Made by a program: the position numbers and the translations under genes. This document shows, piece by piece, positions 43,545-52,872 of a stretch of DNA of 64,000 bases. Under the pieces are notes generated by a model. That model saw only the letters and a list, made by a program, of their open reading frames with translations, was not told the origin of the DNA and searched no databases. Source of the stretch: Chloroflexota bacterium (GTDB lineage Bacteria > Chloroflexota > Limnocylindria > Limnocylindrales > CSP1-4); NCBI GenBank assembly GCA_040755495.1, contig JBFMAT010000001.1, forward strand, positions 101,009-165,008, read 5' to 3'. Within the stretch, counting starts at the first letter, position 1. Each line of letters begins with the position of its first letter.

Positions 43545-44471
43545 ATGCCCGGCAAGGTCGCCTCGATGCGCGACGCCGTCGCGGAGCTCGTCCGTGACGG
43601 CGACACCGTCGCGATCGAAGGCTTCACGCACCTCATCGGCTTCGCGGCCGGCCACGAGATCATCCGCCAGCGCAAGCGCGACCTCACGCTGGCCCGGATG
43701 ACGCCGGACCTGATCTACGACCAGATGATCGCCGGCGGCGTGGTCCGCAAGCTGATCTTCTCGTGGCTCGGCAACCCGGGGGTCGGCGGGCTCAACGCCA
43801 TCCGGAGGCGGATCGAGCCCGCCGCGGTCGGCGAGGGGACGCCGCTCGAGATCGAGGAGTACAGCCACTTCGGCATGGTCGCCCGGTACACCGCGGGCGC
43901 CGCCAACCTGCCGTTCATGCCCCTCCGGAGCTACTTCGAGACGGACCTGCCGGTCGCCAACCCGCTGATCCGCCCGATCCGCTCGCCGTACTCCGACGAG
44001 ACGGTGTACGCGGTGCCGCCGCTCAACCCGGACGTCACGGTGATCCACGCCCAGCGCGCCGACGCGGCGGGCAACACCCAGATCTGGGGCCTGCTGGGCT
44101 GCCAGAAGGAGGCCGCCTTCGCCGCGGACCGGGTGATCGTGGTGGTCGAGGAGCTGGTGGACGAGTCGGTGATCCGCGCGGACCCCAACCGGACCGTGAT
44201 CCCGGGCCTGATCGTGGACGCCGTGGTGGTCGAGCCCTACGGCGCCCACCCCTCCTACGTCCAGGGCGCCTACGACCGCGACAACCGCTTCTACCTCGAC
44301 TGGGACCCGATCAGCCGTGACGAGGAGAAGACCCAGGCCTGGCTGCGCGAGTGGGTCTACGACCTCGACGGCCGGGCGGCGTACGTGGACAGGCTGGGCG
44401 CGGAGCGCATCGCGTCGCTGCGACCCGGCAGCGCCCCGTCCGGCTCCGTGGACTACGGTGACTACCGATGA
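43545..44471 (+). CDS. CoA-transferase subunit A (glutaconate/3-oxoacid CoA-transferase family)
   Basis: ORF 43545..44471. Contains MRDAVAELVRDGDTVAIEGF.... Confidence 0.8.
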   Translation: MPGKVASMRDAVAELVRDGDTVAIEGFTHLIGFAAGHEIIRQRKRDLTLARMTPDLIYDQMIAGGVVRKLIFSWLGNPGVGGLNAIRRRIEPAAVGEGTPLEIEEYSHFGMVARYTAGAANLPFMPLRSYFETDLPVANPLIRPIRSPYSDETVYAVPPLNPDVTVIHAQRADAAGNTQIWGLLGCQKEAAFAADRVIVVVEELVDESVIRADPNRTVIPGLIVDAVVVEPYGAHPSYVQGAYDRDNRFYLDWDPISRDEEKTQAWLREWVYDLDGRAAYVDRLGAERIASLRPGSAPSGSVDYGDYR

Positions 44472-45310
44472 GCGACCCGACCCGCGCCGAGGCCCCCGCC
44501 CCGACCCCCGTCCCGGCACCGGCCGCGACCCCGCGCGACCCCGCGTTCTCCAAGTCCGAGATGATGATCGTGGCCGCCGCCCGCGAGCTGGCCGGCGCGC
44601 ACGTCTGCTTCGTCGGCGTGGGGCTGCCCAACATCGCCGTCAACCTCGCCAAGCGGACGGTGGTCCCGGACCTCGAGCTGGTCTACGAGGCCGGCGTGTT
44701 CGGCGCCCGGCCGGCGCGCCTGCCGCTGTCGATCGGCGACCCGACGATCGTGACCGGCGCCACCGCGGTCGTGTCGATGTTCGAGCTGTTCGCGTTCTAC
44801 CTCCAGCGCGGCCTGATCGACGTCGGCTTCCTGGGCGCGGCCCAGATCGACCGGTTCGGCAACCTCAACTCCACGGTGATCGGCGACTACGCGGCCCCCA
44901 AGACGCGGCTGCCGGGCTCGGGCGGCGCGTGCGAGATCGCGATCAACGCCCGGAACGTGTTCGTGATCATGCGCCAGTCGACCCGCTCGTTCGTCGAGCG
45001 GATCGACTTCCGGACGTCGCCCGGCAACCTCGGCGGGGCCGAGCAGGCCGAGGCGATCCGGCGCGCCGGCGGCTGGAACGGCCGCGGGCCGTCGGTCGTG
45101 GTCACGGACCTGGGCATCTGGCACTTCGACGAGACGGGCGAGATGCGGCTGGACTTCCTGCACCCCGGCGCGACGACCGACGAGGTCCGCGCGACGATCG
45201 CCTGGGAGCCGAGGATCAGCCCGACACTGGCGGTGACGCCGGCGCCCACCGCGGAGGAGCTGCGCCTCGTCCGCGAGGAGCTGGACCCCGAGGGCGTCTA
45301 CACGAAGTAG
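44468..45310 (+). CDS. CoA-transferase subunit B
   Basis: ORF 44468..45310. The ATG overlaps the subunit A stop (ATGA). Contains ...LPGSGGACEIA.... Confidence 0.8.
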   Translation: MSDPTRAEAPAPTPVPAPAATPRDPAFSKSEMMIVAAARELAGAHVCFVGVGLPNIAVNLAKRTVVPDLELVYEAGVFGARPARLPLSIGDPTIVTGATAVVSMFELFAFYLQRGLIDVGFLGAAQIDRFGNLNSTVIGDYAAPKTRLPGSGGACEIAINARNVFVIMRQSTRSFVERIDFRTSPGNLGGAEQAEAIRRAGGWNGRGPSVVVTDLGIWHFDETGEMRLDFLHPGATTDEVRATIAWEPRISPTLAVTPAPTAEELRLVREELDPEGVYTK

Positions 45311-45341
45311 GCCCGGCATCTGCCCGACGTCGCCGGATCCG

Positions 45342-45725
45342 TCACGCGGCCCGGAGCTCCAGGTACACGGTCCGCTTGCCGGTCAGCCGGTGGACGATCG
45401 GGACCGCGAGCCGGTGCAGCCAGGGGTGCCGGGCCTCGATCAGGCGGCGGGCCGCCGCCGCTTCCTCGACCGACAGGACGCGCGCGCGGGCCCGGATCGC
45501 CGGTCCCGTCGCCCGACCGCGGAACGTCGCCGGCGCGACCTCGACGGTGGGGTTGTTGCGGATCCGCTTGTACTTGCCGGAGCTCGCGTACGTGCGGACG
45601 AACCCGTGCTCGCCTGCGACGGCGAGGCTGACGGGGGTGGCGACCGCCCTGCCGTCCCGACGGAAGGTCGTCAGGATGACGGTCGGCTGGTCGGCCAGGG
45701 TGGCCAGGGTGCTGGACGTGGACAT
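45342..45725 (-). CDS. PPOX-class F420-dependent oxidoreductase
   Basis: ORF 45342..45725. Contains VILTTFRRDGRAVATPV...KYKRIRNNPTVEVAP. Confidence 0.75.
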   Translation of the reverse strand: MSTSSTLATLADQPTVILTTFRRDGRAVATPVSLAVAGEHGFVRTYASSGKYKRIRNNPTVEVAPATFRGRATGPAIRARARVLSVEEAAAARRLIEARHPWLHRLAVPIVHRLTGKRTVYLELRAA

Positions 45726-45783
45726 CTCGGTCCTCCGCTGCGTCGTCGATTCCAGGACGCAGCCGGGATGTCCGGGCGTGACA

Positions 45784-46680
45784 TCAGGCCGGGGGGCCCG
45801 CGAGCCGTGCCAGCTTCGCCGGGTTGGCGACGAGGTGGAGTCGGGTGACTCGGCCGTCGGCGACGTCGACGCTCATCGCGGCGACCGCCGCAGCGCCGGA
45901 CCACACGATGATCGCGGGACCGCCGTTCAGCTCCACCAGCGCTGTCCGCTGATCGGCGACGGGCCGCCCCGCGACCGCGACCAGGAAGCGCACGACGCGC
46001 GCCACGCCGCGCACCGGGAGCCGTGGCGCCCGCACCCGGCCGCCGCCGTCGGCGACCAACTCGACATCCGGCGCCAGCGTCCGCAGCAGGCCCTCGACGT
46101 CGCCCGATGCGGCCGCAGCGAGGAAGCGCTCCGTGACCTGCAGCCTGAGGGCCGGATCGGGATCGAAGCGCGGACGTCGCGCGGCGACGTGGTCGCGTGC
46201 CCGCCTCGCCAGCTGCCGTACCGCGGGCTCCGAGCGATCGATGGCATCGGCGATCTCGGCGTGGGAGAAGCCGAAGGCCTCGCGCAGGACATACACGGCC
46301 CGTTCCAGCGGCGACAGGGTCTCGAGAACGACCAGCATGGCCATCGAGATCGATTCCACGACCGCGGCCCGCTCGGCCGGGTCGACCGCCGTGGGCATGG
46401 GCTCGGGCAGCCACTCGCCGACGTAGTCCTCGCGCCGAGCGGCGCGCCGGCGCAGGCGGTCGATGGCGAGCCGCGACGCGGTGGTCACGAGGAAGGCGCG
46501 CGGGTCCCGGACCTCGCCGGCATCGACGGCCGACCAGCGCAGCCACGTGTCCTGGACCACGTCCTCGGCGTCGGCGACCTGGCCCACGATGCGGTACGCG
46601 ACACCCACGAGCAGGTCGCGATGCTCGGCGAAGGCGGCGGCTGGGTCGCTGGCCGTCGGCACGCCACCACCGTGCCGCAC
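45784..46680 (-). CDS. sigJ: ECF sigma factor, SigJ/ECF41-like with SnoaL-type C-terminal extension
   Basis: ORF 45784..46824 trimmed to the GTG at 46680 (46662 is an alternative), because the annotated 5' end would overlap the USP gene. Region 2 reads AEDVVQDTWLRW; region 4 reads REAFGFSHAEIADAI. Confidence 0.75.
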   Translation of the reverse strand: MRHGGGVPTASDPAAAFAEHRDLLVGVAYRIVGQVADAEDVVQDTWLRWSAVDAGEVRDPRAFLVTTASRLAIDRLRRRAARREDYVGEWLPEPMPTAVDPAERAAVVESISMAMLVVLETLSPLERAVYVLREAFGFSHAEIADAIDRSEPAVRQLARRARDHVAARRPRFDPDPALRLQVTERFLAAAASGDVEGLLRTLAPDVELVADGGGRVRAPRLPVRGVARVVRFLVAVAGRPVADQRTALVELNGGPAIIVWSGAAAVAAMSVDVADGRVTRLHLVANPAKLARLAGPPA

Positions 46681-46711
46681 ATCGGCGCGGCGCGCAAGCG
46701 CGGTCGCGAGC

Positions 46712-47206
46712 CTATGCGAGTGGCGCCGGCGCGACCTCGTGGGGGCGGACCACCAGCACCGGGCACGGGGCGTGGCGGACCACGTGCTCCGACACCGACC
46801 CGATGAACAGCCGGCCCACGGCACCGCGACCGTGGCTGCCCACGATCACCATGTCGGCGCGCTCGGCCTCGGCCGCGGACACGATCATGTCGCCCGGATC
46901 GCCGTCCCAGACGAGGAACGACACCGCGATGCCCGCGTCGCGGCCCCGCTCGACGAGCGCCTGCGCCATCGCCTCGCGCCGCGCGCGGACCTGGTCCATC
47001 CGCGCGTGGTACCGTCCGCCGGGCAGGCGCAGCGACCCCGGGTCGATCACCGACACGATGAGCAGCGAGGCGCCCAGCCGGCCGGCCAGCTCGAACGCCT
47101 CCTCGGTCGCGGCCGTGGACGCCTCCGACAGGTCCGTCGCGAGCAGCAGCTTCCTGACCCGGGGTGGAGGCGCTGGTCGTGCGGTCCCGAACGCCACGGC
47201 GGTCAT
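46712..47206 (-). CDS. Universal stress protein (UspA family)
   Basis: Last 164 codons of artefactual ORF 46712..48601, with ATG at 47206. Contains KLLLATDLSEAS...MVIVGSHGRGAVGRLFIGSVSEHVVRHAPCPVLVV. Confidence 0.8.
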   Translation of the reverse strand: MTAVAFGTARPAPPPRVRKLLLATDLSEASTAATEEAFELAGRLGASLLIVSVIDPGSLRLPGGRYHARMDQVRARREAMAQALVERGRDAGIAVSFLVWDGDPGDMIVSAAEAERADMVIVGSHGRGAVGRLFIGSVSEHVVRHAPCPVLVVRPHEVAPAPLA

Positions 47207-47232
47207 CCCTTCCGTTCCGTCGCGTCCGCGGC

Positions 47233-48603
47233 TCAGTCCGGCGGCAGGATGACGAGCGCCGTCACCATGCCGAACATGCCGTCCAGGCCCTCGACGTGGG
47301 GCAGGATGTGGCAGTGGAATGCCCACACGCCGACGCGGTCGCAGTCCACGATCGCGTCCCAGCGCTCGCCGGGGTTGACGCCCAGCGTGTCGCACCGGAA
47401 CGAGGCGTTGCCCAGCGGCGCGCCGTCGCGGGCCACGACGTTCATCCGGAACCCGTGGGTGTGCCACGGGTGCATCATCGTGCCCTCGTTCATGTACCGG
47501 ATCAGGACCTTCTCGCCCTGCTTGGCGACGATCGGGGTCGTGGCCGGGAAGCCGTGACCGTTGATCGTGAACCCGCCCAGCGCGTCGTTGTGGATGAACA
47601 CGACCTCCTGGGTGACGCCGTACTTCTCGGCGTATGACTGCCGGGCGTCCTTGGGCTCCACGATGAACGCGCCCAGCAGGCCGCGGCCCACCTGGTCGGT
47701 GGCGTTGTGGTGCGAGTGGTACATGTGCGAGCCCGCCGGGGTCGCCGTGAACTCGTAGCTGAACGTCTCGCCGGGCACGAACGGCAGCTGGCTCACGAAC
47801 GGGACACCGTCCTGGCGGAAGTCCTCGAACTCGATGCCGTGGAAGTGCACGCCCGTGGACTCGGGCAGGTTGTTGGTGAAGTTCATCCGGACCTTGTCGC
47901 CCTCGGTCACCCGCATGACCGGCCCGGGCCACATCTTGTTGTAGCCCAGCGCCTTGACCGGGGGCATCAGGGCGTCGATCGGCCAGTCCATCTCGTCCAC
48001 CGTGAGGTCGAACACCTTGGTGCCGTCCGCCTCGATGGTCGTGGGCTCCAGCGGCTGGTTGCCCTGGACGACCTTGGTGAACTCCGGGTCGTCGGTGTTG
48101 GGCCCCAGCACGTTGTCCAGGATGTCCGACAGGCCGAGCGGGCCGGCGAGGTTGCCGACGAAGCGGCGGACCTTGACCTGTGCGGCGAGGTCGTGATCGG
48201 TCCAGCCGGCCGGCAGGCTGGGCGACGGGGACGCGGAGGCGCTCGGCGCGACCGACCCGGACGGCGCGACCGACGCCGAGGCGGACGGCGCGGTCGTCGG
48301 GGGCTCGGTGGCCGCGCCCGGGGTGGCCGGCGCGCCGAAGCTCCACTGGGGCGCGGCCGCCGGGGCGCAGGCGGCGACGCTCGCCGCCACGATCCCCCCG
48401 CCGGCGAGGCCCGCGACGCGCAGGAAGCCACGTCGGGAGAGCGAGTCGATCGCCGCTCCGACGGGATCCTGGGCGGGCTCGACCGGGGACGCGTCGGACG
48501 GCTGGGGGACGGTGGGTTCCACGGGCACTGGCTCTCCGGAGCTGGGGGGACGAGTGGGTGCGGGCATGGTCACGGCCTCGGCGGGCGGTGCGAAGTGACA
48601 CAT
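47233..48603 (-). CDS. Tat-exported multicopper oxidase
   Basis: ORF 47233..48603. Twin-arginine motif SRRGFLRVAG. Copper motifs HFHGIE, HMYHSHHN, HPWHTHG and FHCHILPHVE. The start may instead be the ATG at 48567. Confidence 0.85.
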   Translation of the reverse strand: MCHFAPPAEAVTMPAPTRPPSSGEPVPVEPTVPQPSDASPVEPAQDPVGAAIDSLSRRGFLRVAGLAGGGIVAASVAACAPAAAPQWSFGAPATPGAATEPPTTAPSASASVAPSGSVAPSASASPSPSLPAGWTDHDLAAQVKVRRFVGNLAGPLGLSDILDNVLGPNTDDPEFTKVVQGNQPLEPTTIEADGTKVFDLTVDEMDWPIDALMPPVKALGYNKMWPGPVMRVTEGDKVRMNFTNNLPESTGVHFHGIEFEDFRQDGVPFVSQLPFVPGETFSYEFTATPAGSHMYHSHHNATDQVGRGLLGAFIVEPKDARQSYAEKYGVTQEVVFIHNDALGGFTINGHGFPATTPIVAKQGEKVLIRYMNEGTMMHPWHTHGFRMNVVARDGAPLGNASFRCDTLGVNPGERWDAIVDCDRVGVWAFHCHILPHVEGLDGMFGMVTALVILPPD

Positions 48604-48625
48604 GGCCCGAATGGCCGGGACGGTG

Positions 48626-48643
48626 CGCCCGCGTGCGCGGGCG
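48626..48643. promoter_or_regulatory. Perfect 8-2-8 palindrome in the 60-nt divergent region between the MCO and sensor-kinase genes
   Basis: CGCCCGCG-TG-CGCGGGCG at 48626-48643, followed by TAGGCT (48651-56) as a possible -10 for the kinase operon. Confidence 0.3.
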
Positions 48644-48663
48644 GGGCTGGTAGGCTCACGCCG

Positions 48664-50277
48664 ATGACCTCCGTACGCCGCGACGCTATCAGCCCGTCGC
48701 CCCAGTCCGCCACCGCGTCCCAGCTGCCGCTCGCGAGGGTCCTCGAGGCGCTGGAGGCCTGGCAGCGCGACCCGTCCGACGACCGGCGATCGGCCGTCGC
48801 CGCGGCGCTCGACGGGATCATGGACGTGGCCGGGGCTCGTGGCGCGGTGCTCGAGGTCTGCGCGCCGCCGCTGGCCACCCTCGAGGTCGGCGTGGGGACG
48901 CTGTCGTCACCGCCGCCGGACGCGGAGCGCGGCGGGCTCGAGGTGTTCCTGCTCGGCTCGCACGTGGGCCACGAGACGCTGGGGCGCCTGTTCCTGGACG
49001 CGCCCGACGGCGCCGCGGAGCCCATCGCCCGGATCATCGAGCTGGCGGTGGACGCGGCGTGGGCGCGGGCGGAGGTCCACGGCCGCGCGGAGCGCCTGGC
49101 GGCGCTCGAGGAGGCGACCCGCGCCGTCGCGGCGGAGCTGGACGTGGACCGCGTGCTGCAGCTGATCGTGGACCGCGTCCGCGTGCTCGTCGGGGCCCGC
49201 TTCGCCGCGCTCGGCATCGCGGACGCGCGGGGCCGGATCGAGCGCTTCATCACCAGCGGCATCAGCCCGGAGGGCCGGGCCGCGATCGCGCACGTGCCGC
49301 GGGGCGAGGGGCTCCTGGGCGCGATCATCCGCAACGGCGAGACCATCCGCAGCGCCGACATCGCGGCCGACCCGCGCCGCTTCGGGTTCCCGCCCAACCA
49401 CCCGGTGATGCGGTCGTTCCTGGGCGCCCCCGTGACCGTCAAGGGCCGGTCGGTGGGCAACCTGTACCTCGCCGACAAGGAGGCCGGGGAGCCGTTCTCG
49501 GAGGACGACGAGCGACTGGTCGAGATGTTCGCCGTCCACGCCGGGATCGCGATCGAGAACGCGCGCCTCCACGACCTCGTCCAGCGGCTGGCGGTCGTCG
49601 AGGAGCGGGAGCGGATCGGCAAGGACCTCCACGACGGGATCATCCAGAGCATCTACGCCGTGGGCCTGTCGCTCGAGGACGTTCCGGACCTGGTCGAGGA
49701 CGAGGACGGCCGCACGGACGCCGTGGCGCGGATCGACCGGGCGATCGACGCCCTCAACCTCGTGATCAACGACATCCGCTCGTACATCCTCCGGCTGCGG
49801 CCGGCCCTGGGCGGCGACGAGGACCCGGTCGAGGCGCTGGCGCGCCTGGGCGAGGAGTTCGGGCTGCACGCGGTGGTGGACCTCGAGGTGGACCTGTCCG
49901 ACGGGGCCGAGGCGCTGCGCCGCCTGCCGCCGGACCGGGGCACGGACCTGCTGTTCATCGCCCGCGAGGCGCTGTCCAACGTCGCGCGCCACGCCGGCGC
50001 CACGCGCGCCGCCCTCGTGCTGGCCGTGGACGAGGGCGACCTCGTGCTGGTCGTGGACGACAACGGCCGCGGCTTCGACCCGGCCCTCGTCGCCGGGCCG
50101 GACGCGCTCGGGCGGCACCAGGGGCTGACCAACATGCGCGACCGCGCGGTGGGGATGGGGGGCACGTTCGCGATCGAGCGCCCGGACGGACCGGGCACGC
50201 GTATCATCGTCCGAGTGCCGGCGTCGTCGGACGCCGCGTCCGGGGACCGCCGTTCCCCCGGCACCGAGGAAGAGTGA
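48664..50277 (+). CDS. GAF-domain sensor histidine kinase (HisKA_3 / NarL-partner type, DevS-like layout)
   Basis: Last 537 codons of artefactual ORF 47707..50277, with ATG at 48664. GAF region ...VLVGARFAALGIAD...LGAPV...GNLYLADK. H-box ERERIGKDLHDGIIQSIY. The HATPase N and G boxes are present. Confidence 0.85.
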   Translation: MTSVRRDAISPSPQSATASQLPLARVLEALEAWQRDPSDDRRSAVAAALDGIMDVAGARGAVLEVCAPPLATLEVGVGTLSSPPPDAERGGLEVFLLGSHVGHETLGRLFLDAPDGAAEPIARIIELAVDAAWARAEVHGRAERLAALEEATRAVAAELDVDRVLQLIVDRVRVLVGARFAALGIADARGRIERFITSGISPEGRAAIAHVPRGEGLLGAIIRNGETIRSADIAADPRRFGFPPNHPVMRSFLGAPVTVKGRSVGNLYLADKEAGEPFSEDDERLVEMFAVHAGIAIENARLHDLVQRLAVVEERERIGKDLHDGIIQSIYAVGLSLEDVPDLVEDEDGRTDAVARIDRAIDALNLVINDIRSYILRLRPALGGDEDPVEALARLGEEFGLHAVVDLEVDLSDGAEALRRLPPDRGTDLLFIAREALSNVARHAGATRAALVLAVDEGDLVLVVDDNGRGFDPALVAGPDALGRHQGLTNMRDRAVGMGGTFAIERPDGPGTRIIVRVPASSDAASGDRRSPGTEEE

Positions 50278-50951
50278 CAGTGACCGATCTCAGCTCGCGT
50301 CCCCTGCGACTCCTGGTGGTCGATGACCACGAGGTCGTCCGCCAGGGCCTCGTGGCCCTCCTGGACCGCCGCGAGGGGTTCCAGGTCGTGGCCGAGGCCG
50401 GCAGCGCCGCCGAGTCGATCGAGCAGGCGCGGCGGTTCCAGCCCGACATCGTCGTGATGGACGTCCGGCTGCCGGACGGGTCCGGCATCGAGGCGTGTCG
50501 CGAGATCCGCGCGGAGCTCCCCGCGACGCGGGTGGTGATGCTCACCTCCTACCCGGACGAGGAGGCGGTCCTGTCCGCCATCGTGGCCGGGGCGTCGGGC
50601 TACCTGCTCAAGCAGATCCGCGCCCGGGACCTCGTCGCGGCGCTGGAGTCGGTGGGCCGCGGCGAATCACTCCTCGACCCGGCGGTCACGGAGAAGGTGC
50701 TGGAGCGAGTGCGGCGGATCGCGACCGGTGCCTACACGGACGAGATGGCCCAGCTCACCGCCCAGGAGCAGCGCATCCTGCTGCTGGTCGCGGAGGGCAA
50801 GACGAACAAGGAGATCGCGAGCGAGGTCTTCCTGTCGGACAAGACGGTGAAGAACTACGTCAGCTCGATCCTGTCGAAGCTCAACCTCGAGCGGCGCGCC
50901 CAGGCCGCCGCGTTCGTCGCCAAGCACCGGCTGGACCGCGGCGGGGCCTGA
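50274..50951 (+). CDS. NarL/LuxR-family response regulator
   Basis: Part of ORF 49059..50951. The GTG at 50274 overlaps the kinase stop (GTGA). REC domain LLVVDDHEVVRQG...VVMDVRLPDG. HTH region LTAQEQRILLLVAEGKTNKEIASEVFLSDKTVKNYVSSI. Confidence 0.85.
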   Translation: MTVTDLSSRPLRLLVVDDHEVVRQGLVALLDRREGFQVVAEAGSAAESIEQARRFQPDIVVMDVRLPDGSGIEACREIRAELPATRVVMLTSYPDEEAVLSAIVAGASGYLLKQIRARDLVAALESVGRGESLLDPAVTEKVLERVRRIATGAYTDEMAQLTAQEQRILLLVAEGKTNKEIASEVFLSDKTVKNYVSSILSKLNLERRAQAAAFVAKHRLDRGGA

Positions 50952-50979
50952 CCCGCCGCGACGCCGCGCACGGGCGCCC

Positions 50980-51360
50980 ATGGAGGACGACCTCGTCTCG
51001 TGGGGGCGCGTCCTGCGCATCGAGACCCGGGGCCGCGTCACCGGCCGCCCGGCGAGCGCGGCGGTCGGCTTCGTGGAGCGGCCGGACGGGACGCTCGTCG
51101 TGGCCGCCGGGTCCCCGGGCTCGGACTGGGCGCGCAACCTGCTCGCCGACCCGGCGTGCGGGGTCACGATCGGTGACGCGTCCTGGGCCGCGGTCGCGCG
51201 GCCGCTCGAGGGCGCGGAGCACGCCGCCGCGGTGCGCGACCTGATCCTGCGCTACGGGACGCCCGCCGAAGGCCTGGGCGCCGGCCCGGCGTTCGAGCTC
51301 CGGCGTGCCGGCGTCTCCGGCGGCGGCCCTGGCGGCCCCGGCGTCTCCGGCGGCGGCTGA
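50980..51360 (+). CDS. DUF385-like (deazaflavin-dependent nitroreductase family) small protein
   Basis: ORF 50980..51360. Contains ETRGRVTGRPASAAVGFVERPDGTLVVAAGSPGSDWARNLLADPACGVTIG. The C-terminal Gly-rich tail is encoded by an 18-nt direct repeat. Confidence 0.5.
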   Translation: MEDDLVSWGRVLRIETRGRVTGRPASAAVGFVERPDGTLVVAAGSPGSDWARNLLADPACGVTIGDASWAAVARPLEGAEHAAAVRDLILRYGTPAEGLGAGPAFELRRAGVSGGGPGGPGVSGGG

Positions 51361-51508
51361 CGGACGGCTCCGGCGGCCCGGCGGCGGCCCCGGCGGCCGA
51401 GGCTGACGCGCTGCGGGCGAGGCGTCCCGCATGGTGGGGGCGGACCGGACCCGGCGAGGGGGCCATCCGACAGGACGCGCCACCGGAGCCCCGACCTAGA
51501 CTCGCGGC

Positions 51509-52783
51509 ATGCGTATCGTGTCGCCCGAAGAAGCGGTCGCCGGGATCAAGTCACGCGACCACGTCTACATCCAGATGGCGTCCGCGGCGCCCACCGTCCT
51601 CCTCGACGCGCTCGTCGCGCGCGCCCCGGAGCTGCGCGACGTCTGCGTCATCCACCTGCACCTCGAGGGTCCCGGGCCCCACCTGGCGCCCGAGATGGCG
51701 CCCCACTTCCGTCACCGCGCCCTGTTCATCGGGCCCAACGCCCGCAAGGCCGTCAACGAGGGCCGTGCCGACTTCGTGCCGGTGTTCTTCTCGGACATCC
51801 CGGCGCTGTTCCGGTCGGGCGCCTACCCGCTGGACGCCGTGTTCGCCAACGTGACCCCGCCCGACGCCCACGGGTTCTGCTCGCTGGGCGTGTCCGTCGA
51901 GGCGATGCACGCCGCGGTGGACGCGGCGAAGACCGTCATCGTCCAGTTCAACCCGTCGATCCCGCGGACCTTGGGCGACGCCTTCATCCACGTGAGCCAG
52001 ATCGACCTCGCGATCGAGGTGGACCAGCCGCCGTTCGAGTACGCGCGCCCGGTGATCGGCGAGGTCGAGCGCCGGATCGGCGCCTTCGTCGCCGACCTGA
52101 TCCCGGATGGGGCCACGCTCCAGCTGGGCATCGGCGCGATCCCCAGCGCCACCGCCGAGCTGCTAACCCACAAGCACGATCTCGGCATCCACACCGAGAT
52201 GTTCACCGACGCGGTCGTCGACCTGGTCGAGGCCGGCGTCGTCACCGGCGACCGCAAGGTCCGCAACCGGGGCAAGCTCGTGGCGACGTTCCTCATGGGG
52301 ACGACCCGGCTGTACGAGTTCATCCACGACAACCCGATGGTCGAGATGCGGCCGGTGGACTTCACCAACGACACCCACGTGATCCGGTCGCTGGGCAGCA
52401 TGATCGCGATCAACTCGGCCATCGAGGTGGACCTCAGCGGCCAGGTGGTCGCCGACTCGATCGGCTACCGGATGTACTCGGGCGTCGGCGGGCAGATGGA
52501 CTTCATGCGCGGTGCGGCCCTGGCGCCCGGCGGGCGCGCGATCATCGCGCTGCCGTCCACGGCCGGCGCGGACGGGTCCATCTCGCGGATCACGTCCCAC
52601 CTGGCGGAGGGCGCCGGCGTGGTCACGACCCGGGCCCACGTCCGGACCGTGGTGACGGAGTGGGGGGTCGCGGACCTGTGGGGGCTGACCCTCCGCGAGC
52701 GGGCCAAGGCGCTGATCGCGATCGCGCACCCGGCCCACCGCGAGCGGCTGACCTACGAGGCGCGCCAGCACCACGAGCTGTAG
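51509..52783 (+). CDS. Acetyl-CoA hydrolase/transferase family protein (4-hydroxybutyrate CoA-transferase-like)
   Basis: ORF 51509..52783. Contains LQLGIGAIP, ...EVDLSGQV..., ...GVGGQMDFMRGA. The -10-like TAGACT (51497-51502) lies 7 nt before the ATG, consistent with a leaderless transcript. Confidence 0.85.
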   Translation: MRIVSPEEAVAGIKSRDHVYIQMASAAPTVLLDALVARAPELRDVCVIHLHLEGPGPHLAPEMAPHFRHRALFIGPNARKAVNEGRADFVPVFFSDIPALFRSGAYPLDAVFANVTPPDAHGFCSLGVSVEAMHAAVDAAKTVIVQFNPSIPRTLGDAFIHVSQIDLAIEVDQPPFEYARPVIGEVERRIGAFVADLIPDGATLQLGIGAIPSATAELLTHKHDLGIHTEMFTDAVVDLVEAGVVTGDRKVRNRGKLVATFLMGTTRLYEFIHDNPMVEMRPVDFTNDTHVIRSLGSMIAINSAIEVDLSGQVVADSIGYRMYSGVGGQMDFMRGAALAPGGRAIIALPSTAGADGSISRITSHLAEGAGVVTTRAHVRTVVTEWGVADLWGLTLRERAKALIAIAHPAHRERLTYEARQHHEL

Positions 52784-52815
52784 CGCGGGGCCGGGGGGTC
52801 CCTCGTCCGGAGCAT

Positions 52816-52872
52816 CCCGCGCCTGCGCCCTCGTCCCGCGCCTGCGCCCTCGTCCCGCGCCTGCGCCCTCGT
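52816..52872. repeat. Perfect tandem repeat, 19-nt unit CCCGCGCCTGCGCCCTCGT x3
   Basis: Units at 52816-52834, 52835-52853 and 52854-52872. Two 24-nt units, GCGCCCCGCGCCCGGAG(GTCCGGC/TCGGGC), follow up to about 52923. Confidence 0.85.

Noticed and set aside
38252-43687. An 1811-aa minus-strand ORF. Similar giants are 53470..56502 (-), 10170..13679 (+), 25133..27961 (-) and 47707..50277 (+).
   Set aside because: Same reasoning applies. Only the terminal segment of each (the M14 peptidase, none, none, the YcaQ-like gene and the sensor kinase, respectively) is a real gene. The rest is antisense to strongly supported genes and has degenerate composition.
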